Assembly: GCA_050575255.1 (NCBI GenBank)
Contig: JBNZDD010013686.1
Location: 3,964,801 to 4,028,800, forward strand
Direction: 5' to 3'
Source: Harriotta raleighana
Lineage: Eukaryota
Length of the DNA stretch: 64,000 nt
The notes under the pieces were generated by a model. The model had not been told where the DNA came from and ran no database searches. It saw nothing but the letters and a program-made list of their open reading frames with translations. Below are positions 1 through 13,785 of the stretch, in pieces. How positions within the stretch are numbered: the stretch's first letter is position 1; each line of letters starts with the position of its first letter. Position numbers and translations under genes: made by a program.

Positions 1-1955
1 AACCTGGAGTCAGTTCATTCTGACACAGTGTTGAAAAGTCTTGACAATTACAAAGCAGCAAATTGACACTTAAAACAGAAAGGGGAATAGAAACATACAT
101 AAACGTGTGTTGCTTGATAGTTCAGCACCTCTGATTTGCGCACTTATGAAACAGCTTGAAAGCTACTCCCAAACCATTAGTTCTTCAGCAACCTTGCAGC
201 AATATGGGTGGGCACTTTCTGTTCTCGCTAGGTTGCATCTCAATCTCTCACGTCGCATTGTCTGCAAGACTGCTGATGAGCAAATGAAGCTGCTGCCCTG
301 ATTTGACCTTTAGCACTGGATTAAAATTCCCCAACTGGTTTCCACAGCAACCTTACCTAGAAAATTAGATCTTTGAAGGAGCAGGAAGAAAGCTAAAACT
401 CTTTGAGTAGCAATGAACTCTGGAAGAGGGTTGTTTCCAATTGGCAATGACATGTTCCTAATTGAAATAATCTGGTGAGCTTTGCCTGAGAGAGGAAAAA
501 AAATTGTTTGTTGAGGGGTGGGGAGGAGAAAGCTTCTTACTTACAAATGATGAGGGCTTTTTAGAAAAACAGCGAAAGATCAGCCTTGATTAGAAGTGAA
601 GCACACTTTTTATTCCACCATGATTTTAAATCAGCTTAGGCATGCAGTCTCAAGCACTGATGTAGAGACTGAGATATAAAAGGTGGCAACAGGCCAAGCT
701 AAATAGTCAGGCATTTAGAGGCCAAACCCAGAAGACTGATGCCCCAGGCTAAATGTGCAATCGCAATGGTACCAGGGTCTGAATGGTGGCTGGCTTTAAA
801 TCACACGCTACCTATTACCAACTCTGTAGGAGACTGCACAAAGAACCTTTTAGAAGTGCTGAGGCTGACCTCAAGGGTTATGGCCACAATTCATTCTGCA
901 GCTTGATCGGGAGCTCGTAGCTGTGCAACGATAAACTAACATGCGTCTTTCATAAAGAACAAATGTAGAGCGTATTTTAACCTCCTCTGAAGTCTGAAGT
1001 TGCAGGGTATGAAATGGAGACCTGCCTGCTATATGTCACGAAGCGCTGTGTGGACTTTTTCTCTCCCCCCTCCACCCCTTTTTCAATATAAACTGAACTA
1101 AACTGGTTTCTGCTGCTCTTCATTTTATAAAAATAAACTTATTTAAAGCAGGTTTTTCTTCCAAATCACTGCAATTTGTGAATTAAATGAAATATCATCT
1201 ATCATTATTTAAGGGAACAATTGCACAAAAAGCATTTTTTTGTTTGATACTCTATCTTGATTTGGTGGGAATTGTGCTTGATCTCTGACCTCCAGTAAGA
1301 AGACTCCAACAGTTGCTTGCGACATGTGTGTTTCAATTGCTTTAAATCTTATTTAGTCTTTTTTTGCTCTCTCAAACGTCACTGCATTTCAGTTTGATTT
1401 TTCCAAATCAGTATTTTTCATTGGCCTTGTTTCGTTATTCCAAAATTTTCATCTCTCTTCGTTGTGGTTGATTCCTGCATACTTTTTGTTCGAGCAGAAG
1501 ATACACCCACCCAGCCTGTACACCTTGATAACATGATAAGGCGGCTTTTTTGGTCTTGTTTTCTCAGTTTGCTGGTTTTAGTCCCAACTTCATTTTCCCA
1601 AGTTTCTGGTCTCGTTTCCTATTTGTCTTTCCCTTCCCCCACCCTTACAAGATTCAAATTTCTTCAACACTGGGATCTTCGGGATTGTTTTGGAGCTGAT
1701 GCCAAATGTTGGCGTTTGCACCTGCAGCTTGATTATGTTTCACACGCAGCCCTTGGGACAGGGGAGAACCATGTGCTCATTATCACGTTGGTCACTCCAG
1801 CAGATCTGGAGGGAGGGAGGTAGGGAGGCAGAATCCAGCTGGGATAAGGGCTCAATTAGTGCAACTTTCAAATTCTTTGACAACCAGGATTTTTTTTCTC
1901 TCCTCCCTGTAAACTGAACTGCTGTTGACCTTGGTTTTTTTTTGGGTTACTTTAG

Positions 1956-2448
1956 AATAATAATCTTTGCTTTTGACATAGCGCCTTTCCTGCCAGGAGA
2001 ATTCATAGAGTGCTTCATCGGTTTACAAAGGGTTAAAATGCATTAAAATAACATGAATGACCTGTTTTAAAACAAAATTGACTCAAGAATGAAAAATGCC
2101 ACATATTTAAACCGATTTGATGATGAAAATAATAATCTATACATTTGATGAAGCACCTTATCAAGCCGTCTCAAAGCGCTTTGCAGGATATTAAATATCT
2201 TGTAAAAACACCCACTATATATAGTGAACTGTAAAGCACTTTCTGACATCTATAATAATAATCCTTGCATTTGATGTAGCACTTTTCACATCTTCTAGAT
2301 GTCTCAAAACGCTTCACAGAATATACTGTAAAGTCAATTGACTGTACATTTTGTGGGTGAAGCGCTAAATCAAATGCAAGGATTATTATTATAGAGTGGA
2401 TTGACTGTGTTTATTGTGGGCAAAATGTGGCAGCCAATTGTGTATAGC
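1956..2448. mobile_element. Cluster of family A SINE 3' fragments in mixed orientation
   Basis: Three aataat(c)ct...tttga tails on - (about 1956, 2128, 2252), a + tail at about 2366-2392, and a body fragment gtgggcaaaatgtggcagccaattg on -. Confidence 0.75.
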
Positions 2449-5400
2449 CACACGACAATAACACTTAGAATCCGAAACGTAGGAATTATTTCTTTTACAC
2501 TCAATATTTGCCGCTCACGGTAACCAATCTGTTTCGATCGGCTGTTCATCTCGCATGTGAGCAGTGAAATCTTTCTGATGGCCAATCCCAGCTGAGTGGT
2601 TTAGTGCAGCAATTTTCAAATCAATTGATTGCATAGAGAGATTCTTCAGAACTGAAGAAAAATTCAGGCCATGCAAAGGACCCATCACTTCACCTTGTTG
2701 TGCTTCTAATGCTGTTGTCAGAAATCAATCACAGAACCCTCAACCCCCCCCCCAACCACGCGATTTGCTCTCTTTCATTGCCAATGAAAGGCAGTTGATT
2801 GACTGCCTCACATTTACAACTCATTTAATTAAGGATTGTCTTCTAAACCGCGCTGATCTGCACTTAAAACATTTACTGACTTTACACAGCAATTATTTTA
2901 ATGCTTGATGATGCCAAGTATTTCTAGAATAAATATCCTGAGTGGCATTCGGATGAACATGCTCTCCAGTCCAACGCCTCTTCAAAATCTGACGCCTGTC
3001 AACCTTCTTTCAGTGCACTCTTGAGAGCATTTCTTTTAATCAATCAGGGAACTTTGTGGTCTTGTCTGTTTATTTGCCTGTTTTACGTGCTCATCTCTCA
3101 TTTTATCTAGCTCTCGCGTTGATTTGTGGAATACTTTCCATTTGCACCTTTCTTCCTTTGTTCATTTGGCTTTCCTGTACTGCCTTATTATAATCGTAAT
3201 AATCTAATAAATAAACCTTACAATCCTGGATGACACAGCAGTGTGAAGCTAGGGTCCCGCTGCAGTGTCATGTCTTAAGGTAGAATGGGACAGTAATGTT
3301 GTAACAGTGTCAGTAGTTTAAATTAAGATGTGGAGTGCAATGCCTGATGTTCACAACAGGATGAGAAGCAAAAGTTGAGACATTCAATTTTGCAGTCTTG
3401 TGAAAGGTTTCTAATTTGTTCCTTCGGAAAATGTCCGATTGTGAGTTTCCAAAAGTCAATGGGGTTCAAGGAAGTTTACGAAATAGAATCACTTGGTAGC
3501 ACTGAAAATAATGCAACCTTCCCAATATTGCACTATGGAGAAATCATCATAGTAATGTCAAAGCGTATGGATCAAAGTAAGACCATTGATCCCTTACTCT
3601 CCGAAAATGATGCACAATTACACTATTGTGGACTTGACTCACCTTATTTAATCTCCTAAGAGAGGAGAATAAGCACAGAATAAAATTTCCAAGAAGGTGA
3701 AATTGCTCCCTGAACCCCAAAGGAAATGAAGCAAAACTCCAGTATTTTGACTCTTAGCATTACAACCTATAATATTTAACCCTAATCAGTTGCTTTCTGC
3801 AGATGACATTTCCATGGTCCCAGAAGCACAGGGTTTATTATGTTCCATATAAAATTTGATCATCCATATGGCAAGCCTGAAAATCTCATGTAAAGCCAAT
3901 GATCAAGAATGGAGCTGGTGTCCAGTTTGGGAGGAGGTGTAACAAGAGGTGAGTATGATTGAAGATTGACAAGCCCAATTAATTTGTACGCCATAGTGAA
4001 CAAAGCCTTAACAGTATGCAATGATGTGCACTCTACAGTCATCAAATAACACGATCTGCGACTGATGATTTTCAGAGAAGGAGGCTATCTAGGCGGAGGA
4101 TTAGCTAATATAAACTGTGCATGTGTTCAAATATTGGATTTTAGCATTCTTCGGTAAATTTTATTTCACAATCAAATCAAGATTCATATCACGATGAATA
4201 TTCCCTGAACTATGGTAGATTCACCCTGATTGTGTACAACATTGCAAAAGCCCGTTTTATTGAATTGCAACCCGTAACTCACTGCCCATTATTTCTGTCT
4301 GCTGGCTGAGGTGTGAATGGTTATACTCTGAGGGAAGACAGGCAATTTTGGCACTGGGATACACAATGTGAGCACACTGCTCTAATATTGGTATTTGTTG
4401 GGTTTTAATGAACTGCTCTTTTGGTTTGAATTCAACTCCTAATGCCTATGTACTGCTATGTTTGTAAGTACTTGTGCTCAAATGGTTAACAACAAGCTTA
4501 ATCCTCTTGTGTGTGACACAATAAGACACCAAAGTCATCGATCAGAATATTTGTAAAAAGATGTTATTCAGACTGTTGTAAACTGCTGTGCTGATGTGGC
4601 CTTGAAATCCCTTAGATCAGAGATTGCTCACTTAAACCACAAATGTCTGGAAGATGTTACAGACAGATTATTGCACCCCATGTTTGGAAAACTGTTCCAA
4701 ACTATAATTTGTGACAGCATTGAAACAACCTGCCAAAAGAGAAACTGGAGATTTTGATGTTTTATTTTCAAAAAAAAATTCAATCACAGATGAAAAGGAT
4801 TCCAGGGCTCTGTGCGTTGTGTCACATTTCACGGAATGGATAGCATTCCTTTACCCAGGGCTATCTTTTATGTAGAAAGTTGGGTCCTGCTTTGCTCCTG
4901 CTTGTCATGAGCCTCTGTGGTTGACATGGTTTGAAGCCTTTTGCAGATCTGTGAACTGATCTCTGAGGGAACAATATTATTCTGCCACCTGACTAAGCCC
5001 GAGAAAAGTCAGAGGTTGACAGAACTAGAGCAATGCATCAGCGGAAAGCTCCAGAGGAAGGCTAACATGTATTCTGAACGAGGTAAATAAGTCAGACATT
5101 AAAAGAGGAGAAAACAAACAGACACACTTATTTGCTTCACAGTAGTAAATTGACCTAATTCCCATCTTGTTTAAATTCACAACTGTCAGAATGTTTGGGA
5201 ACTTTAAGGATACAAATATATATATTAATAAAATGAAAGATGCCTGGAAGGGCCACAGTCAAGTTTTGGGTTTCAGTGCGATGTGGTAGGTAATTAATGT
5301 TGACATGGTGCATTTGTAGATTCATTTTGATGTTTTTTTTAATGATTTCCTTAATCTTCAGTGATTTATTATTTTACGTGAAGCAAACCACCGATGATTT

Positions 5401-6212
5401 GAATCTCTGTTTCAAATGGTGTTGTATAATTTTTTTTACACGGCAGCAGAATGTCTGTTTTCCTGTTCTGTGCTTGTTGTTGATATTATGAAGGAAGCGA
5501 GGGACTAGAAAAATAACTTATTGGCTTCAGCTTTCTATTATAGGTTTATGAACCATTCATTTCAGGATATTGATGAAAGGGTGGAAGATGGATAAAGAGT
5601 TTCAAATCCTGTTAATTTTACCTAGATAGTATTTAAACTTGATATTCTCTTATTGGAATTTTGCATTCTTTTAACATAAGCAAAGAAAGGGTTGATAAGC
5701 AAACTCCCACTGCCTTTCTCTATCTCTCTCACCATCCTGTACAAATGTAATTTTATTTTGTATTATATCTGGCTATCCATCACTCTCTCTGCCTGCAGCC
5801 CAACCTTAAATGAGCGCCCCCTACTGCATATGTGTAAGACATCTCACACGATTTGCCTCTGTTCACTCACTAAATATAGCAACACGTTTGATGTGTTTTT
5901 ATAGAAAGGAATAGAATAGAATTCCTTCGAAATATGAATGCCTCATTAATGCTGAGTATGTTTGTTGCTGATTGTTGCTCATTGCTGTAATCAATCACTT
6001 GTTACACTTTAGTTATCACCAGTTGCTTCACTGGGGATCTTGGTCCTATATGTAATGCAAGATTTTAGTGCATTATGCACACAAGCAAGACAAGGTCATC
6101 TTAAGGGATATGATTGATGCAGTTCCCAATTCTCTGCTATTAACATTGTAGAGGCTGAGTACAATAAGCAATTTCCAATTTTAAACAAAAACTGTAACCC
6201 ATTTATTTATTC

Positions 6213-6609
6213 TAATAATAATAATCCTTGCGTTTGATATAGTGCCTTATTACATCACCGAGACATCTCAGAGATCTTCACAGAATATACTGTAGAGTAT
6301 AGTGACTGCGTATTTTGTAGATGAGTTCAGCAAAACATAATTATGTCCCACATACAGCCATGAAATGAATGACCAATTTTATTTGAAGGATTGTTAGCCA
6401 AGACATTGGGAGGAGCTCCCTTCTCTATTCTAATAGAGTCACGGGCTCTTAATATCTAAACCAGTAGGCGAGACTTGGGTTTAACATCTCCAAAAGATAG
6501 CACCTCTGAGAGTTCATTGGTGTGTCAGCCTAGACCGTGTGTTCAAAGTAACAAAGTGGTCCTTCAACTCACAACCTTCTGATCCAGAGTGCTAACAACA
6601 AGGCCAGGT
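6213..6609 (-). mobile_element. Older full-length DeuSINE-type element, reverse orientation
   Basis: Reverse complement is colinear with 26503-26945 (gtgtcagcctagac, gtttaacatctc, aataatccttgc tail). Confidence 0.72.
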
Positions 6610-6898
6610 TTACAACGTGTTATTATTCACGTGTTTTATCTATGTTTTTCCCACTTCTAAGGCATCTATAACAACAAGATGTCTTTATACACATCTTGAT
6701 CTAGGCACCCATCTCCAGCTATTGTCAATGTCTCTCTGTTGCTGATTGCAGTGTTTCAGAAGTGACTCAACTTGACACATACTTAGATATTTGAACATCA
6801 CCCATGCCTCCCCACCCCCACCAAAACATTCTTGCTCCTACGTGGCCCCGAGTATGAAGATACCTGTCCTCAACAATGTTGCTCAATAGGCACTCAAT

Positions 6899-7078
6899 CA
6901 GCTTCTGAAAGGAAATGACAGGTTAATGTCTCGGGTTTGACCCTGCGTCAGAAACAAGTCTGCTAATGAAAGGTCACCCCAAAACATTGAGCCGCTCTCT
7001 TTCGCACACCGATAAAACATGTCTGAACTCTCAGCATTTGCTGAGTTGATTTCAGATTTACAACATGTGCAGTTTTAT
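6899..7078. mobile_element. Decayed palindromic element resembling a Penelope-like retroelement terminus
   Basis: Imperfect inverted arms 6917-6953 and 6961-6997 with hammerhead-like cores, followed by ...tcagcatttgctgagttgatttcagatttacaacatgtgcag; family assignment from memory. Confidence 0.5.
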
Positions 7079-8608
7079 TCCGTTCTGAATCTCCTTCAGA
7101 GGCTTGCCTGACATTGTGGGGGAAGTCACCTTGGGAGAATTAAAAGCATGACTCATGCTGTACCAATTTTTGCCACATTATTTATAAAACATTTGTAAGT
7201 GCAGCATTTGCATTTATGTGTGACAAGATAATGTCATCCCTCAAGCAAACGAGCTTCTGAACGTGGAATAAGCCAATATGAGAGTCCCTGAGTATTTCAC
7301 CTGAGCTTAGTAAAGAGAGGGGGGGATAAAATGTATTTTTATTACATATGAAAAAAAATTGATGCAACAACATAGAACTTTTTTGTGTGTGTATTGTCCA
7401 CTGATGCTAGTTGTGTGGGAATTGATACAGAACATGAGTGTACAAAAAATAGGTGTGCTGCTCTCTTTATTAAATCCTTGTGACTGACAGTCGAAGTTAG
7501 AAGTCCCATGTGAGCCACGCAATGCTTTAACAAGAGGCAATCAAGTGTTGGATAGGAGGTTCACTTAACATCTAATTTTGCAAAAGGAAGCAGTCTGCAG
7601 ATATTCATGTAAGGTATTTCTTTGCAGACCTTTGCCCTTCGTTTTTGTCCCCAGAGTTTGCATAGTCTGTTACTTCAAGCAAACTTTTAACAGAGAGCCT
7701 TCACAGGAGACTTGCACATGGGCCAAGCTGGTCTCCCACAGTCCCCGCTGGTAAATCACAGGCTGAGTGAAATGGGAGAGGACATTGTGAAGCTGTCAAG
7801 CTGAGGGAAGTTAAATGGGCTGAAGTGATAGCTCATGTTAACACTAGCAGCCATCTCTGTCAAACAAAAACCCAGTAGAGGACATTTAAAAGGCAATTTG
7901 GCACTGTTGGGTGGTCGATTAAAGATACAAAAAAAGAAAAATAAGGGCAAAGGGTAGCCGTGATTGAATGTATAAAATCTGGGAGCTTTTAAATGAAGAG
8001 TATTTCTGTGTGTTTGTGACCTCTGTTAGTGCAGCAAATGTCAACATTCCCCACGTAAATGCAACGGAGACAGGTGTCTCTGTGAGGTCTGGGTGGATAT
8101 GTGTTTGTGATACACTTCTTGTTAACATCAGCGGATCCAAAGAAAATGATCTTCTTTCCCTCCTCCCACCTCTTCTTTTATGTCTCACAGCAGGGAGGCA
8201 TTTCATACAGGGTTGCTGTATGATTTAAAACTCAGAGCCAAGCCTGAAAGGCCAGGGAAATACGGGTAGGACATTCATATCTCTCTGATGAGTACATTAT
8301 TTTAATGTAGGACACTTCCCTACTCAGAGCCAATTTTCAGGTGATTGTGATATGAGACCGTATTGTGTAAGTCCATCAATGGAAAGATCCATACATAAAT
8401 GAATGTTAAAAATCACAGCTGGAAGAAGAAAGTTGGAACCAGCCTGCTCTCACATATCATTTCAGTGATTAAAACACTTTTTATTTAAACAAGAAAAACA
8501 GTTGTGTTAAACCAAAATATTTTGAGGTGGGATTATTTCACATCAGGACTGTTTGTGACCATTCGATTTATTTCTGATCATGGTCTGGTTTCGTGCTCTA
8601 TTTAATAG

Positions 8609-8710
8609 TAATAATAATCCTTGAATTTGACATAGCGCTTTTTTCTTCTAGACGTCTCAAAGCACTTCACAGAATATACTGTAAAGTGAATTGACTATAT
8701 TTGTGGGCGA
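8609..8710 (-). mobile_element. Family A SINE 3' fragment
   Basis: aataatccttgaatttgacatagcgc...cacagaatatactgtaaagtgaattgac. Confidence 0.85.
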
Positions 8711-11649
8711 GGGAATGGTCGGAGAGAATGAAAATAAAAGGGCACTTATCGACGATGAGATAGCTGAGAAATAACTGCAGGGTTACCTCGCTGTCTAAGT
8801 GTAATTACGCTAATTACCTCGATAGCACCAGTACGAGTCCAGCAGGCATGTGCGTTTGCTGTTCCAATGACAAGGCAATGCTGGTAGGTTTTTTGGCAAG
8901 AGCTGGGCTGACACAGGGAGCAGAGAGATATTTCCAGCCCTTGTAGCTGGCCTCCTCTGTCAAAATCATGGCAGTCATTATCAACCTGTTCTTCACAGGA
9001 TGAAAGCACACAGCCAGACTGTGATCTTAAATGACTACAGTTCAGTTGATTTTGTAACCTTAATCTCCTGTTAATTGTTTGGTAATGAGTGGTACTTCAG
9101 CCTCAATCCTACCTTGTGTAATTAAATTAGAAATCCCCCTTTAATCCAATCCTTACCCTGCTGTGTAAAGCTAACACTAACATTAGATTAACAAGCAAAC
9201 ATTTTTTTATTTTGTACTTACCATTTTGCTTACTGTCACATCAGTCCAGCTCAGTTGATAGCACTCACACCTCCAAGGGTGTCAGTCATCTAGTTGCTAG
9301 CACTCTCAGCTCTGAGAAAATTGTATCAAGCACCATTGAGATGTCCTCCCTCCAAGAAAGGTGCTAGTTATATGATATAAATAATAATCCTTGCATTTGA
9401 TATAGCAACCTTACAGCTATATCATATGTAAAGATTATTACACACCTGTCTTTTGCAAAGCACCATCAATGTGCACAGCCTCCCACCTTCCACCACCCCA
9501 ATGTTGTGACCAATACCAGGTTATTTCGGTAAGATCTGGTAATAATGGTTGAATTTGTTTTGCAATGGGTGTACCCTAAAAAAAACACTTAATATGATAC
9601 ATTTGTCAGGTGTTGAGTTATAATCCTCTGCTTTGGTAAGTCCAGCCACTGTTCTGTCAGACAGAATGGATTGCCTTACCTGAGAGAATCCTTTTTCATT
9701 GTTCGCTGTTTTCTGGCATTCCTTTGTTCCTTTTAGTGATCTCCCCCAGCACATTTCAGCCGAAGTAGACATTAGCTTCCGAAAGGGTGAAATTCCTGTC
9801 TGTTGAAAAGGCAGAAAATTCTGTGTCATGAAATCTACAAAGCAATTAATGAAAACCTATGAATGCCTGAAATGCCTTGGTGCTGAAGTGCCAGACTTGT
9901 CATTTTTGTTAGCATCAATGAGCAGTTACCCTTAATGACGAGCGACTAGTTCATAATGCTGAAGTACCTTAATAATCCATTTGAGGTTTATAACTATCAG
10001 ACCCCTTGAAAGTCACCTGCGGATTGTGGAATTTCATCTGGAAATCCCATCACATCAATAATGTGAATAAATCTTTATTTTGCACAAAACATCGGTTTTC
10101 TCTTCGTACTGTAGGGGGTCTAAAAAGTGGCGATTTCAAACAAGATTTCTAAGTAAGAATTCTGAGTTTCAAAACTGGTTTCCTTCCTGTAACTGATATC
10201 ACTTTGTGCTCTGATTCAAACTGCTTTCAAAGTGCTGTTCCCACTGGATTCAGTGGCTGGTAGGAAACCCCATTTGTGGCTCGGATCCTTAATAAGAAAT
10301 TATAAATTGCAAGCATTATTATAATTATTCCATTTGAAATCACTGCGTTTTAGACCCAAATAGAAAGCGGAGCGGAAAATGATTGTTCTACGCACAAGGG
10401 GAGATGGATGTAACGTTTTCTGGGTGCTGTGGCCAGTTTTGAGATGAAGGTTAGAAAGTCAGATAGATGCACGTAAAATGCCAGTATTACAACGACAATT
10501 CATTTGTCCTTTCCTCTGTTGACCTGGGTTGCTGATGCAAAGTTAATGTCAATTGAACAATGAATAAATTGTAGTTATATGTTGTTTTGGATATTTAAAA
10601 AAAAACAATCGTCTATAGGGCAGGCTTTGGAGTTGAAGCATGGGCAACCGTTTGAAAAGAAATGATAGATCAGTTGAGACACATGATTCACTGCGATATT
10701 AATATCTACTGAAATAATACTTTCCATTTATTCTATGTGAAGACACACACTAATTTTGCTGAATGTAATTGGGATCTGCATTTTCTTTACATTTCAGAGG
10801 TTTATTGCTCACTAATTTATTTGTTAAATAAAAATATAGTGCAAGCGATTAACCTGCCAGGAGACGTGGCAGAAAGACCTGAATTTCAATGAACCAATTT
10901 ACAGAAAGGCAAATCGAATGCTAATGACATGACATTTTAAAGTAAAACTAGACATGTTAACTATGTAATATACTAGTACTGTCCGACATGGGTCAGATGA
11001 AATTCAAATCCAGTATATTGCTGTGCCCTGATCGCTATTGTCTGTTCATTGCAAATCTGCTAATAATGTGAGATCTTTTGTTTGAATGTTACTGGAGCTT
11101 GTTTGTGTGTACTCGCAGTTAGGCGAACCATGTAAAAATGATATTTAAAACACCACTAAGCACGCGCTGGGTCAGTAAATAACCAAAGAATACATTGACA
11201 TTTTACTTCCCGCATTTCATTTGATTAGTACTCGCACACCCTGACAAAAAACATTCATTATTCTACTCCTCAAGTTTTCGTGTTCAAAGCAAGCATTTCC
11301 CCCAGTTCTGCCTGCTTTTCTCCTGGGCTTTTAGTTTGCTCTGTATATGTGAATAACAAGAAATCGCAGCCAGGAATCCTGAACTCTGGGTGCAGAAGGC
11401 CTGGTGGGCTACATATTCTGAACGATTTGTACCAAGTTGTGCTCCTCAGGAATCTGCTGAGCTAAATCCACGAAAATGCAGTACCTGTGTAGAACTGATC
11501 AGGGAGAAATTACTGCCTTCTTTCTGGCTCTCTCAACAGGCAAGGCACCCAGCTGTTTGCAGCCTTTGCACCTCTGCGCGCAAGACATCTGAGTAATGCC
11601 TTAACCCACGATACTCGTGCTCACTTTCTTATTTATTTTTTTCTTGCAG

Positions 11650-11701
11650 AATGCTGGAGGATGACCTGAAGCTCAGTAGTGACGAGGATGACAGTGAACA
11701 G
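11650..11701 (+). CDS. AFF2: AFF2 coding exon (52 nt, phase 2 to 0): (x)MLEDDLKLSSDEDDSEQ
   Basis: Acceptor ttttttcttgcag and donor cag|gtaaat; conserved AFF-family MLEDDLKLSSDED motif. Confidence 0.95.
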
Positions 11702-13585
11702 GTAAATACAATTGTGAAACGCCCGGGCAGCACTTTCTAATTGATAGTGAAGCAATTCTTGTCGTTTGGGGGGGGGGGGGGGGGGGGGTCAGGAGCACNN
11801 NNGAGCAGTGCACACAAGTCCCAGCTCCTAGATTGTCAGAAAGCAAACACAACTATCTAGTGGCATACTGCGATTGGTTACAGGATCTGAGAGCAGCACG
11901 ACACAGCCTTTTCCCTGGTAAGCAAAATCAATTTCAATGACAAACAGTGGAACAAATGGCGTGATCTCTCTGCCTCTGTGTGCCCTGTGTAAACATAGCC
12001 CACGTTGTGGCCTCGGAGTAGAAATCATCTGCTGTTGCACACAGGCAAACTATCTTTCTGTACGCTGGGAATACGACAGCTGAAGTGTTTTCAGTGCGGA
12101 AAGGGCACGTGCGATTGTTTTGGGTGTGGATTTTAAAAATAACCAGATCTCTCTCTCATATGGATCCCAAAAACATTTTCTTCATTATGATTGCATCTGC
12201 CAAATGCAGATGAGAACAAATACAGTAATTGATTTCTGAAAGTAGGTTCCAAGTTTGAAAACGAACCAAGGATGCTAGATGTCACCATTCATCTTAAAAG
12301 TAAAGTTTGAAAGGTTTATGAATGTTTCCCGGACCTCCGTTTCGAGTGTATTCATTAGCTTAGTCACAATATTGTCTGCTTCTCTAATACATCCCTGATT
12401 TCGCAGACATGTTTTGTGAAAATAAAATGACAGTGTTAAGTGGTATGACAGAGAGCTGATAATGTGAATCTCCCCAAACTAATGATTTATGCTAGTTAAT
12501 CGCTGGCAACTCTACAATAGTTCTTCAATAAAAGTCACATTCATACGTGAGCCAGGACTGAGGGTTGACAGATACACATATCTATTCAAGCCCTTCAATG
12601 CACTCCTATACTGTGCTGAAGTAACTGCAGCGTGCTCATCACTTGGTCAATAATTGCTTGTGCACAATCAATGACTATGGATATGTTCATGTTCCACATT
12701 GTGAAGTTCACATTGTATCTAAATAACAGTCACCTCCTTAATCTGGCATTTCACAGTAAACCTCACTCCCCTGTGGATGTCTGGAAGATCCCAGTAACAT
12801 AAAAGATAGGGGTGCGAGTAATGACCTTTTACAGCAATGGTGATGGATTGTCCCCATAGGTTTTCATGGGAGCAGGTGGCAAACCTCAGTCACTGACTCC
12901 TCAATAAACTTAAGCGTTCTCAAACATTGGCCCTTCTGTCTTGTCTTAATAACTGTCTAGAGTAGTACCTGTTGAAACGTATGTACATCCAGGTCCCTCT
13001 GCGCTTCTTGATCTCTCTGTTCACTTCAACTTGGATAATCTGGACAGCCTCCAAAACATTTTTGTGCCGCTTGAGAAAAATACTCTCAATTCTCTTCTCT
13101 TATTCTTCTCTCCTTGGACCTGGAGGTAAATACTCCCAGTCTCTCTGAAGAATGTTCCAAGGAACTCTCCTTAATGGTCTTAAACATTTATGAAGCTAAA
13201 AATTCTCTTTCTTTTCCCATTTGAGAGATGTGAGTTTTGGGAGCAGCACTGAATAATTCAACTATGCAATCTCCCAACATTTCTCCTCCTTTCTGCTTGT
13301 TTATCTGTTAACTTAGATTAGTGAGTGGGAGTTTCACTCAACCCAGATTCCTTCCCGAGAGCAGTGGCAGAACTAAAGGCTGCATTGATACACGTTCCAG
13401 TGTCCAGTTGAACAATAGAATTAGAATAACTATGAGACAAGGGCGAAGCCCTCTGAAAGAATGAGATGTAAAAATACCTTTGAAACAATGGGAGAAGAAT
13501 AGAGTCTCAACTGAAATGATCTGTTTTTCTGTCTCTTTTGTTAGTCCACTCTTGTAGATTACTATGGAATATTTCAGTTTTGTGC

Positions 13586-13785
13586 ATCCCTCAAAAAAAC
13601 TAATAAATTGGTCATTTCAATCCACGACTCTTGGTGGTCACATTCCTGGGCATAATTGGCTGCCGTATTTCGCCCACAAATATACAGTCAATTCACTTCA
13701 CAGTATATTCTGTGAAGCGCTTTGAGATGTCTAGAAGACCATGAAAAGTGCGATATGAAATGCAAGGATTCTTATTATTTATTAT
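13586..13785 (+). mobile_element. Family A SINE, 5'-truncated
   Basis: Colinear with the 3' two-thirds of 36148-36460. Confidence 0.85.

Noticed and set aside
3230-3271. Hairpin atgacacagcag/ctgcagtgtcat
   Set aside because: An 11/12-bp stem is too short for a pre-miRNA and has no other support.
3803-3948. Acceptor/donor pair tttctgcag ... gag|gtgagt
   Set aside because: Stops in all three frames and no AFF similarity.
8281-8329. Hammerhead-like ctgatga followed by perfect hairpin tacatta-ttt-taatgta, then ggacac...ctc-agag
   Set aside because: The core needs CGAAA after stem II but reads ggaca, and stem III cannot form; treated as chance.
9610-9635. Possible upstream AFF2 microexon (tgtcag|gtg...tttg|gtaagt)
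   Set aside because: Joined to exon 11650 it makes tg+a = TGA in frame; weak pyrimidine tract. No convincing upstream exon was found in 1-11649.
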